A stretch of DNA of 59,753 bases, filler included, from Porpidia crustulata (Eukaryota): assembly GCA_964255105.1 (NCBI GenBank). It is 10 parts of 10 records of this genome, joined end to end, with 100 filler letters (N's around TTAATTAATTAA, not from the genome) between each part and the next. Parts side by side here need not be neighbours in the genome. Positions count along the whole stretch, not along the records: positions 47,933 to 53,793 come from CAXUWE010001682.1; positions 53,894 to 59,753 come from CAXUWE010001683.1; 8 more parts are not named here. One strand, given 5' to 3'. The notes beneath the pieces were generated by a model, which was given only the letters and a program-made list of their open reading frames with translations, was not told the DNA's origin and ran no database searches. The position numbers and the translations under genes are program-made. Below, one piece after another: positions 48,905-59,753 of this stretch. The number at the start of each line of letters is the position of its first letter. Position 1 is the stretch's first letter.

Positions 48905-51900
48905 ATGGCGAGCTCTCCTCCAACCTCCCCGCTGGGGTTACCTCGGCGGCCTATGAGCGCAATGTACAGAAGTACGAGTCGCATGAGCATAAGTAGTAAA
49001 CAAGGTGGAGGGAGCAGAGCTTCCGATGAAGATGGATCCAAGACCTCGGTCAAAGTCGGTAGGTGCAAGACCGTCTGGCTGTTGAGCTGTTGAGAGTATA
49101 GAGACGAAATATACTGAACATCGCCCTCACAGCGGTGCGAGTGCGTCCACCTCTCCAATCAAGTGATGCGGGCTTCGACTTGATCCCGCAACGGTTCCAA
49201 CGATCCATGCTCCAAGTGATATCTCCCACCAGCTTGGCAATCAATGCACCTCAGGGCCGGAAGTTGTTCGTTTTTGACAGGGTGTTTGGGGAGGAGGTCC
49301 GGCAGGAAGGAGTCTGGGAATATCTCAATGAAAGCGTCGATGCTTTCGTCCAAGGCTATAACGTGTCCGTGCTTGCTTATGGTCAATCCGGCTCCGGCAA
49401 ATCATATACCATGGGTACTTCGGGCCCTATCGAACAGGGTGATTCACGGATTATGGGTAGGTGATTCGGATTGAAAATCGGCCAACTGCCGAACCCTGCA
49501 TATCATAACCCTACGATGGCGATCCCTGGCTGACCTAAGGTGTTTCCAGGCGTAATCCCCCGAGCGGCTGGTGTTTTGTTTGATAAGCTCTCTGGACCAC
49601 CGACGTTGAAACGAAATGGATCATCTGCTCTCAGAACACCAACCCGCTATTCCATGGGAGCTGCTCAGAATCTTACAACGCTGGCAAAGACCGGCGGAGA
49701 TAAGAATTGGCAACTGAAAGCTACCTACGTCGAAGTAGGCTCCTCCTATGAAATCTGCCTATTGGTGCTAATTATCTTAGATATATAACGAACAACTACG
49801 AGATCTTTTAGTCCCAGAAAACGTCCCACAAGGTGAACGATCAACTGTAGCCATTCGCGAAGATACCAAAGGCCGCATTCTTCTGACTGGGCTGCACCAA
49901 GTTGATATCAATTCTGCCGACGACCTGCTGAGTGCTCTGAATTTTGGCTCCTCAATCCGCCAAACGGATGCCACCGCCATCAACGCAAAGTCCTCTCGTT
50001 CGCATGCCGTCTTTAGTCTGAACCTTATCCAGCGCAAGAATACGGCGCAACCGATATCGGCCCGAGAGAAGAGATTCTCGGTACCACTGGAAGCGATGTC
50101 CGGTGCGGAGAATTGGGTAACAGTTGATAGCAAGCTACACTTTGTAGATCTAGCCGGTAGCGAACGACTCAAGAACACTGGGGCAACCGGAGCATCTGCA
50201 AGGGAAGGTATCTCCATCAATGCTGGTTTGGCGAGTCTGGGAAAAGTAATCTCGCAACTATCATCCCGCCAATCCGGATCCCACGTCTCTTACCGAGATT
50301 CCAAGCTCACTCGCCTTTTACAAGACTCTCTCGGTGGTAACGCAATCACGTACATGGTTGCCTGTGTCACAACCGCCGAATTTCATCTTAGCGAAACCCT
50401 AAACACCGTGCAGTACGCCCAGCGAGCCAGAGCAATCCAAAGCAAACCCCAGATTCATCAAGTCTCAGACGAGAGCGACAAGCAAGCTGTGATTGATCGT
50501 TTACGGGCTGAGGTTTCGTTCTTACGCGACCAAATTTCGAGTACTGAGCGAGGAGATCGACGAAGCAACGGAATGCAGGACAGAATAGAGCGCCACAATG
50601 AGCGCGAAATTGAGCTTCAAAACGATCTTCTCAACGTGCAAGAAAACTACACCGCACTGAGCCAGCGCCACGCCAAGCTTATATCTGAAATCACAAAGGC
50701 GAGAGACGACGAACCTGGAGAGACACCAACGCTTTCCGGAGCCATCGGAGACTCCGCGGTTGAAAGACTCAAACGATCCAACTCGTTTGCAGAAGCTGTG
50801 GAACAGGTGGTACTCGAGTACGAGAAGACTATACAAACGCTAGAAACCTCTCTTTCCGCCACGAGATCTTCCCTGTCAACAACGGAAAGCAGCCTAATGG
50901 AAAAGGAATCAAAATTTGCATACGTCGAGACTGTCAATCAGCAACTTCAAAATCGTCTACAGAAGATGATGGACCGAGAATCTAGCACCGAGAGGTATTT
51001 GCATGATCTGGAGTCGAGATTGGATGGGCATAATACTGGCGAGGAGAAGACTTCGACGGTTGTGATAGAACTTCGCAAGGAGATCGCCAGGATTCGAGAG
51101 AACGAGGCGAGTTGCGAGGAGTATATTTCGACCCTGGAAGAGCGCTTAGCCGAGTCGGATCAAGATATGGAATTGATGCAGCGGGAAGTCGATCGCCTCG
51201 AGCATGTGGTTGAGCGCCAGAGAAGCCTTGGGAAGCTTGATAATCTCCTGTACGAGTTTGATCATGGAAAGCAAAACAACGAACCTTTGGGAAAGAGCCC
51301 GTCCAAGGGTTTACCAAATGGCTTTGCGAAACCAACCAATGGGATCAGGTCCGAGCGTGGCCTGGCTGACTCGGCTCTTGAAGAAGCGGCAGAAATTCCT
51401 ATTCCAGATTCGGACGACGAAGAGTGGGAGCGGGTGTCGGGAACAAGATCGGAACCTAATGGAGACGGTCTGGCTGCAAAAGAGACGAACGTTCCTGGCT
51501 CGAAAACGGTCACTCCATCAAACATTTCTCGGCAAAGCCCTGCCCAGACGGAATTCGTGGCCGACAAACTCGACATCGTGACTCGGGAACTCGTCGATCT
51601 CCGTGTCGAACACGAGTCAACTATGATCGAACTGGACATGATGTCAGCCAAATACGAAGAAGCTTTGAGGACACTCGCTGAACTTCAAGACTCTGTGGAC
51701 GAGGCACGTCATCCAGCTGAACTGCCAAACGTTGCATCCCCAGTCTCTACACGGCCGACGTCTTTTTTAGGGGATGCGAGGGTGAGCGAGCTCAGAGACG
51801 TGGAACACTTGCCATCCTCGCGCTCTCTATCATCGGAATTGTCCTTGGATGGGGACTCGGCAAGCTCAGTGGAGCCATACCCAAGCGAAGCCAACCTCAA

Positions 51901-53793
51901 CAAACTACTGCCTGGAACCATGGACCGTACCGTACATGGTGAAGAGACGCTGACTCGAGAAGTAGACCAGTTGAAGACGATATTGGTGGAGAAAGAACAG
52001 GCCTTGGCTACCATGAGCGACAAGTATTCGCAAATGGAGGCCTTGCATCTTGACACCCTCGACATTGTCGAAGAGCTCAGGGCAGAAGTCAAAAAGGCAA
52101 AAATGAACCCACCAAGCTCACCTACAACACCTGTCATCAGAAGAAAGGGCAGTGTCATGACCATCGACCGTGCTCACCGGTCGCTTGCATCATTGAAAAA
52201 CATAGCTGCTGACAACTTTGAAGACAAGCCGGATACCATGCAGAACTTTGAGCTGAATCTGAATACAGCTATGCACGAGCTACATCAAAGGTCGGAACGC
52301 GTACAGGTTCTCGAAGCTGAATTGGTAAGCTTGAGAAGGGAAATGGAGTCGAAGACAACCATGATCTCTGGCTTGACGAGGGAACGATCGAGTTTGAAAT
52401 CTTCGCCAATAGATATTTCGGTCGTGTCCACCATGCACGCCCAGCTTCAACAGAATGAGGAGCACATTAGATCGCTGCAAGAGACTCATACTTCTAGGGA
52501 ACAAGAACTTGCCGACGAGATCGAGTCTCTCAAGACGGCTCTTGACGAGCACAGGGAGACGGCGAAATCTGCTATGCCAGGATTTTTCCCAGAAACACCG
52601 GCTCCCTTGGAGCAACAGGAAAAGCAGCTGGGTCGCCCTGACGGACAACCTTATGAAGTGGGCAGACTTCGGGAAGAGCTATCAGTTATGGAGAATAGAT
52701 ACCAAGAAGTAGTAAAGTCAATGGAGGTTTCGGAGAAGGAGTTCATTGCGACAATTGCAGGATTAGAAGCATCTTTAGCCAATGTCGGAGCAATACATGA
52801 TGCAAGATCTAAAGAAATCCAAGTTGGTGAGGATGACAACGAACGAGCACTGAACGATTTGCGCCTCGAAGTCGACGAGCACAAGACGACAGTTGGCTCT
52901 TACGCTCAACGAATCGCCGAGCTCGAACAACTACATGCAGATACACGAGGGGAAATTGAAAAGGCCGCACGCTACAAGACTATGACCGAAGAGCAACTCA
53001 CATCACATCGTGATCAAATTTCCATACTTGACAGCCAAGTCCAGGAACATCAGTCGGCGATAGAATTCCACAAATACGGTCTAAAGTCATTACACGACTC
53101 GCATGCCAGGGATATTCAGGATCTACGCTCGACGTTGACGGCTGAGAAGAATACCGAATTGGAGGCACAAACACGGACCGCCACAGACGAATTGGAGATG
53201 CGCCACAAGGACATTTTGGCACATCTCGAGGAGATTACAGGTCTCAAAGCACAGCTCGATGAGCAGAATGCACTTGCTGCAGGGAAACAGGCGCAAATCG
53301 AGGAACTGAATACAGAACTTCAGGCCGCCAAAATCCTTGCAAGGGAGAAACAAGAGCAACTGGAGAACCAACTTGAGTTGAGCAACCACAAGGAAGAGCA
53401 ACGGCTGATTTCTCAATCTGTTAGTCAGGAACTAGAGCAGAAAGTTGCCTCGTTATCGACAAGCATCGAACAGGTCAGTGATGAGCGCGATCGAGCAACA
53501 CGGCTTGTGGAAGAGCTCGAGGAACAGATATCCACAAGTTATGACCACCAACGCGCTACGACAAGTAGACTTTCTGTGCTCAGCTCTGGCCGGGATCAAG
53601 CTCTTGTTGAGGCCAGCACAACCAAGGCAAAATTGGAAGAAGAGTTGGAAGAGACTCGTAACCGATTAGAGGCAGCTGAGGTGAGTACTTTCATCTTGTG
53701 TTCTCCGATGCCCACTAACGTTAATCCAGAACACCCTCCGCTCATACACGGACAACCACACCCAAGAACGCTCCAACTCCCTCACCTCCAACA
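48905..53793 (+). CDS. Kinesin motor protein with long coiled coil (probably kinesin-4 family), 3' truncated
   Basis: VRVRP, FVFDRVF, AYGQSGSGKSYTMG (P-loop), EIYNE, NAKSSRSHAVF (switch I), FVDLAGSER (switch II), HVSYRDSKLTRLLQDSLGGN, then over 1000 aa of coiled coil. Confidence 0.92.
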
Positions 53794-53893
53794 NNNNNNN
53801 NNNNNNNNNNNNNNNNNNNNNNNNNNNNNNNNNNNNNTTAATTAATTAANNNNNNNNNNNNNNNNNNNNNNNNNNNNNNNNNNNNNNNNNNNN
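53794..53893. other. Artificial contig linker
   Basis: N44-TTAATTAATTAA-N44. Confidence 0.98.
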
Positions 53894-56516
53894 GGGCCAG
53901 CTAGCTCGATGGCCTTTTCTACTGCCTCGGTGAGATCGTCAAAGGCGATTAGGGGGAGGTTACTGTTTGCGATCTGGGTCGGTCAGGATTTTGCTACCCA
54001 AAAAGCGTGGATATTCAAGACATACGATACTCTGGCCGATTTTCTCATTAGTTCCTCGAAGCCTGACGACCACGGGGACCGTGATACCGAGGTCCTTGTA
54101 CGCCAGGACGATACCCTCGGCGATCATATCGCAGAGCGTGAGGCCGCCGAAGATGTTGACGAAGACGACGTTGACCCTGGGGTCTTGAAGGACGGTTTTG
54201 AAGGAGGTTTTGACGGTTTCCTTTGTTGCTTTGCCGCCGGTATCGAGGAAATTGGTGCAGCGGCCTCCGAGTGATGCGATGGTGTCGACGGTGTTCATTG
54301 CGAGACCGGCGCCGTTTACTGTCGGGGGGCGGGGGAGAGTTAATGCTATGGCGGGATTCGCGTTCGGGTTTGACTTACCTAGTGTACCAAGATTGCCGTT
54401 ACCCGGGAGTTTCCAGTAGACTATACCCTCACTTGCGGCTTTCGTTTCTTGGTCGTTGAATCCCCGCTCTGTTCTCAGAGTGTCAAGCTCCACGGAAGAT
54501 TTGCTTATGCGAAGGAATGCCTCGTCAAGATATATACGAGACCTTGCCACCACCCAAGCCCTCTTACGGTTTTGGGTGACCTTGACAGATATCGAGACGG
54601 CTTTTTCATCATAGAAAATTGCAATTATTTTTGTGAGGATGAGGACTAGACCGGCATTTGTGGCTGCAAGTCTTTCCTTTTCCTCGTCTGTAGTCGCAGC
54701 AGTAATAAGAAACTCCATAATCTCGCTCTCCTTTAAGGGTTTGCCGTACTCCATGTAGAATACTATAGAATTGGCTCGCCCGGCAAGAGGAGATTTGATG
54801 AGAATACACGGCATTCTTCGTGATCTATCAAATGTGACTTCGAGATTCCATCTATATTTCCAGGCTGACAATCTCGAGTCTCTGGGCTGCAAGCCGTAAG
54901 CTCTGAGTATGTCGTTCCCACGGGATGTCTTGAGATGAAATCTTCTTCGCTTATTGAGGTAAATTGGTGATTTGGAAGAAAGCTTGGGCCTTTGAACTGC
55001 CGTATGAACACCTCGTCTTTGAGGTATGTTGAAAGATTGAGTCTCCTGTGAATTGATTTACCCTATATTGTCTCTAGAGGGATTATCCACTAGTATATAC
55101 CTTTTTCGGAGATGTTATAGCATCAGAGCTATTAGCTCGACGGTCCAGTAATGGTTTCATCACGTCTCCAAGTTGGGCGGGGTGAGTGACGATTGTTACC
55201 CCGGCGTTTTCCAAGGCCCTAATCTTTCCTTGCGCATCATGACAGTAAGGGCCAATAAAAGCACCGGCATGACCCATGATTCGATTATGTGGAGCTTCAA
55301 TCCCTCCGATCAGAGCCAGAATTGGTCTTGAGACTCGTCAGCGCATCCTTGAATCGTCTGGTACTTAAAGGTGATTGGATTACTTTGGATTCGCGGTCCT
55401 TGCCCGATAATCTTGGATCCATTCTGCAGCTTCTTCCTCAGCTGTACCTCCAATCTCTCCAATCATAATGATGCCTTGAGTAGCTTCGTCATCTTCAAAG
55501 GTTTTGAGAGCGTCTACAAAATCAGTTCCTGGGAGAGGATCTCCTCCCATACCAATGACCAGACTTTGACCGACACCTGCTCTTGTAGTCGATGCAATTG
55601 ATTCATAACTCAATGTGCCGGACTTCGCTACGATCCCAGCAGCTCCAGCAGTCATGAACGGATGTGGATGAAAACCTATCCTGCATCTTCCTGTGGCGGA
55701 AATTATCCCGGGAGAATTCGCGCCTACCAGTCGGCTTTTTGATTGAGATTGCAACATAGCATGCACCTTGTCAAGTTGAATTAGACTTTAGCCGAATAAA
55801 ATAAGGATATAGATTTACTCGAAGAAGATGGTGGACTGGAATATGCTCGGCAACGGCAACAATCAGAGGAATCTCTACTTCTATTGCTTCTTCAATAGCC
55901 GCGGCAGCACCTGGCGCAGCTACATACACAGCAGTAGCATCTGGTTTGAGATGTTTTTGAGCCTAGGAATTTAAAGAATTTCAGTATTTAATTGCTGTCG
56001 TTGGAATAGACTCTGCTATGCCAAATCTTGTCTTACTTACAGCACGCACTGTCGCAAACAGCGGGAGGCCAAGATGCTCCCCTTCTCTCCCGCGTGTGAC
56101 ACCACCGACAACCTTGGTGCCATACTCTATCGATTGCTGAGCATCTTGTGTTGCCTAAATCATTCTTTAGTGGCGGAACTAGAAGCATATTCCTAGGAGA
56201 AGCACACTTGTTTCCCCGTAAAACCTTGATATATTACTGGTCAAACTTCCGAGTCAGCATCGTCTGGAGGGTTGATACTCCAAATTTTTCAATGGTCTCG
56301 GGCGAGAGAACAGCATCGAGGTGTGGAAGCTCAACTAGGAAGGAGAAATTGCAATGAAGTAGGCTTGCCTCGAGTATGAGATCCAATTTTGAGATTTGAA
56401 ACTGTACTATCATAATTCGTAGACAACGTATGCTGCAGCCGACAGAGTGATAAAGCAAGCCTGGTCGATAATGCAGGTATATTGATGGGCCTTGCCAATC
56501 CCAATGGCCTCACCAT
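53894..56516 (-). CDS. Succinyl-CoA ligase-like alpha+beta fusion protein with mitochondrial presequence; last codons lost in gap
   Basis: Alpha part: VIYQGFTGKQ, YGTKVVGGV, RLVGANSPG, KSGTLSYE, GMGGDP, GEIGG, MGHAGA (phospho-His). After intron 55046-55100 the frame continues into beta motifs VNGAGLAM, NFLDTGG, VNIFGG...CDMIAEGI, PVVVRLRGTN. Confidence 0.85.
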
Positions 56517-56918
56517 CGCTTCCAAAGTATTTGAGCTTGTCCCAATATCCCACAACTCAAGACAAACGCCTCTATGCCATTACTCAAATCACATAGAAAA
56601 CGAATGCCTTGGCAAATGCCGAAGCCGGACTTAAGGAGTTCGCGGCTCCGAAGCGCGAGAATCTCATACTTTTGAATAGCCGCGCACTATACTTGCCTAC
56701 CTTACCACCTACCTCGCCACCTCGTCTACCTCTAAAGTCCGCCTAGCTTTGCCTGACAAATTATGACAGATCAGTGTCTAACGAATTAGGCCTTCTGTAA
56801 TTGAGTTGATCAAGTTCACTATACAAGACCGCACATTCTTCTTACACGTGTATTGCCCGTCATTTACCTCCTAAAATCCAATCACAAAATTAATTGAGGA
56901 ACCATTTGTCCTCTCACT

Positions 56919-57528
56919 ATGGTTGATCTTCATCAGTCCCAAACGTACCCTATCAATCCACGTGGAGCCGAACCGGCTCTCACCTTATCGCAATTTTGGG
57001 AGATTATGATCATAAAATGTCGTCACCCTGAACTTTTCGTGGATCCTATATCAAGCTCTGAAGTCTTGGAAGAAACAGATACGTTCATAAAGAGAGTAGT
57101 GATGTTCAAAGAAGTCAGGTCTAGTGTCGGGCTACATAACACCAAGCTGACGCCTTGATAAGGGCATGGGCCCGCTTAGTGGAAAAGCGACCGAGGAAAT
57201 CAGACTTGTACGACCATGGAAGGTATTGCATAAAGTTTCTCGCTTATTATACCAATGGAAACTAAAATCTCAATCTTGTGGGATTCAGGCCGACTTCTTC
57301 AATCTTGAGAGCGGCGCCTATATCAGCAATATCGTATCACAGGGGAAAGACGAGACCGATCTTTATCTTACCTTTTATTTCGATTGGAAGTACCCAAACA
57401 TGAAAGAAGGATCCAAAGAAGAGAAAGAGACTTCTGATCAATTGTGGAACATGGCCAAAAAGGCGGTGCAACATACGATCGATAACGCGCGGAATATGGC
57501 CAAAGAGGGTAAATTGAGCAAGGCTTGA
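56919..57528 (+). CDS. DUF1857/AtaL-like (START-fold) protein, three exons
   Basis: PINPRGAEPALTLSQFWE...KCRHPELFV...ISSSEVLEE and ISNIVSQG...DLYLTFYFDW...AKKAVQHTIDNARNMAKEGKL pattern. Confidence 0.75.
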
Positions 57529-57996
57529 AGGAGAAAGAACACCACATATACCTCTATAAATTTCATTCTCTACAAACTGGAGTGGAACGCTACACGAGTA
57601 TTTGCCTCATATTACCTTGCTAGACATGAGAAATAAAGATTGATGTGATAGGTACATACATGGAAAATAGATTACCGACTTTGGGGATTTGACTGAAGCG
57701 CACCGCTTAAACTAGAGCTGTATGATCATCTCTTCCTATTTCGGACTAGCATTTCAAATTAAGGTAAGCATCCTGGAGATTTGTCTGCCTGCGTTCACTT
57801 GTCCTCTCTTATTATTTCTTACATTCAATTACCGATTCTGAATGCAGTGACGCTTCACCTCGACGAGTAACTCAATTCGACAAGTGACACATTTCAACGG
57901 GTGACTTATCAAGCAGTCTAATTTACAAGACAATACGTCATTTAGTTGGGTATCCTTCAGTAACATTTATCACCAACGCCAGCAAGCAACAGCCAA

Positions 57997-59122
57997 TTAT
58001 ACATCGCCGCCCTGATTAATAGCACGAGTCAGGCCCACTGCAGCCCCGGCCGCCACTGTACCTATCACAACCATCTGCAGTGCTGCTAGCGCATTGGCTT
58101 TCATATTCTTTGATCCTTTCCAGCCACCAGTGATCGCAGTCTTGATCCAGCCGAATGCGAATAAAGTTACCACCATGATACCGATGCTCCAATAGAGAGC
58201 TTTCAGGACTTGCATCTTCTTTACGCAGAAGTAGGGTATTAGGGGAATTATGCCACCCAAAAGATAGCTTCCGCCAATGACGAGTGCGGAGATAGCAGCT
58301 CGAGAACTATCGGGCTCTTTGGCCTCATGATGATTCCTCATCAAAAAATCCAGTAACCTATCTGGTTCCTGCATTAGACTTGCGACGTTTTCGCTCGTAA
58401 TCGAAGACGATAGTCCGTATCGCTTTAAAGAACGATGGAGGAAAGACATGGCTTTGTTTGGTGAATGCTCAATCATTGCTTTTGTTTCGCCCAGCAGAAC
58501 CTTGTATGAATGTCTAATTGATGTTAGTCGTGATGCAACGTACTAGGAAGACTTGAAACATACGCCTCTCCCTTGGCCGCTATGTAGCCCCCAAGGCCCA
58601 TAGAGATTGCTCCAGCGATAAGTTCGGCGAGCCCACCAAGATAGACGAGGCGAGCATTTCCAAAAGACGACAAGCCCGCAGCCAAGGCGAACGGTACCGT
58701 CATACCATCGGAGAGGCCTAGGGTTGCATCTGACACGAATCGAACATTAAATCGCTTTGTGACTGGCTGATTGTCTTGCTGCTGTGCTTCGAGGTCGCCG
58801 GAAGACTTTTCATTCATTTCCGGGCGCTCCAGATCAAGTACACTAGTATCGCTTGCGGTGGATTCCTTTCTATTGCCTGGAATGGTAGGAGATTTTTGAA
58901 CAAGCGTTGCGGGTGAAGAATCTTCGCTTTCATGAGACCATGTAATTTTGCAAAGCAAAGAATCAACTTACCGGCTGTCATCATGCTTGTATTTGAATCG
59001 GGCAACGGGCTCTCAGCCGATGGGGGTGTTGCTAGGCTTATGTCGTCCTGGCGAGAATTGCCTGAACTAGAGGACAGCCATCGACCGCGGAAGAGACGAT
59101 TCACCAAGAATATAAACGGCAT
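57997..59122 (-). CDS. CCC1: VIT1/CCC1-family vacuolar Fe/Mn transporter
   Basis: SDATLGLSDGMTVPFALAAGLS, GGLAELIAGAISMGLGGY, GGSYLLGGIIPLIPYF, TLFAFGWIK. Exon 1 boundaries are approximate. Confidence 0.88.
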
Positions 59123-59753
59123 TTTTCTTTGGAGCTTGGGTTATGATTCGGTTTGGTCTTTCTACACGGTATGAAAGGTTGTATGATTTTCGAGCACTGG
59201 AGGTATCTATATCATATCGTGGTGGTGAGCCGCTCCCGGATGGAGCTCAGCCAATCAGAAGCTCCGTGAAGTAAGCGCTGGTCGATGGGCATCGCCTTCT
59301 ACGCAATCTGCGCCCGTTATGATACGTTTCAATTTGCCGACAATGATTCAAGATCGCATCATGCAACCAAGTTTTGCGGGGTGTAAGGTATCTAGCTCGC
59401 GATAGCCAACTGTCGTTCTTGTGTTACTAAGTACGAGTACAGAACGGGAAAATCTCGCTTGAGCCCCAACCTGCATTTGAGGTTTGTCCTATTCATACTC
59501 AAGTGACGCGTCTTGCGTACTGGAGCATTCGCGTAGAAATGATCCCAAAATACGAGGAACCTTCCTCACGGAGCAAAGAGTACCACCATAGTCAATATTG
59601 TATCGAGTATTCTAGTCTGTAATAAATGAGGCAATCTGACATTTTGACGCGTGTTCCACTCATTTGCATTAAAGAATCAGATCCCATTGAAGAGTCATTA
59701 AAACCACAGCATCAACGAGGCACAAATTCCCTGATGCCTATCCTATCATACAC

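Noticed and set aside
5916..53893. TTAATTAATTAA motif recurring every ~6 kb, resembling a periodic repeat or array
   Set aside because: It is always embedded in 44+44 Ns and the segments decrease steadily in length (5915 to 5860), so it is an artificial concatenation linker.
56919..57528. Secondary-metabolite cluster suggested by the AtaL-like gene
   Set aside because: There is no NRPS, PKS or tailoring gene on the contig, and DUF1857 genes commonly stand alone.
12029..59122. Iron-related gene cluster (IDO, NFS1, CCC1)
   Set aside because: CCC1 is on another contig, and IDO-NFS1 adjacency alone is not evidence of a functional cluster.

Overview
This window is not a contiguous locus. It is ten unlinked fungal contigs of about 5.9 kb each, ordered by decreasing length and joined by 100-nt N44-TTAATTAATTAA-N44 linkers. 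The genes have short GT-AG introns and CTRAC branch points typical of a filamentous ascomycete (Pezizomycotina; finer taxonomy cannot be read from this sequence). Housekeeping genes include a GH3 beta-glucosidase, indoleamine 2,3-dioxygenase, NFS1, RVS167, RVS161, RRN7, a ubiquitin gene, a Sat4/Hal4 kinase, a carboxylesterase, the GATA factor AreB/ASD-4, PMS1, a kinesin, a DUF1857 protein and a CCC1/VIT1 transporter. There are also non-self-recognition-type genes: a HeLo-like/SesA-type protein and a frameshifted HET gene. The five most notable signals are: (1) a 227-bp MITE with 43-bp CAC...GTG terminal inverted repeats and a 5-bp GGGAC target-site duplication, which is a Transib/RAG-like signature; (2) a TRANK1-like gene (putative RelE-like domain + UvrD helicase + TPR) inactivated by an apparent GG->GA (CpC->TpC) hypermutation that left ten in-frame TGA codons and two destroyed splice donors; (3) a succinyl-CoA ligase alpha-beta fusion with an internal presequence-like linker and a degenerate ATP-grasp domain; (4) an areB gene with a candidate ACG start and a second AUG inside an in-frame intron; (5) a ubiquitin gene whose ATG is split by an intron and followed by a 7-nt microexon. 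All family assignments come from motif recognition by eye, not database searches.
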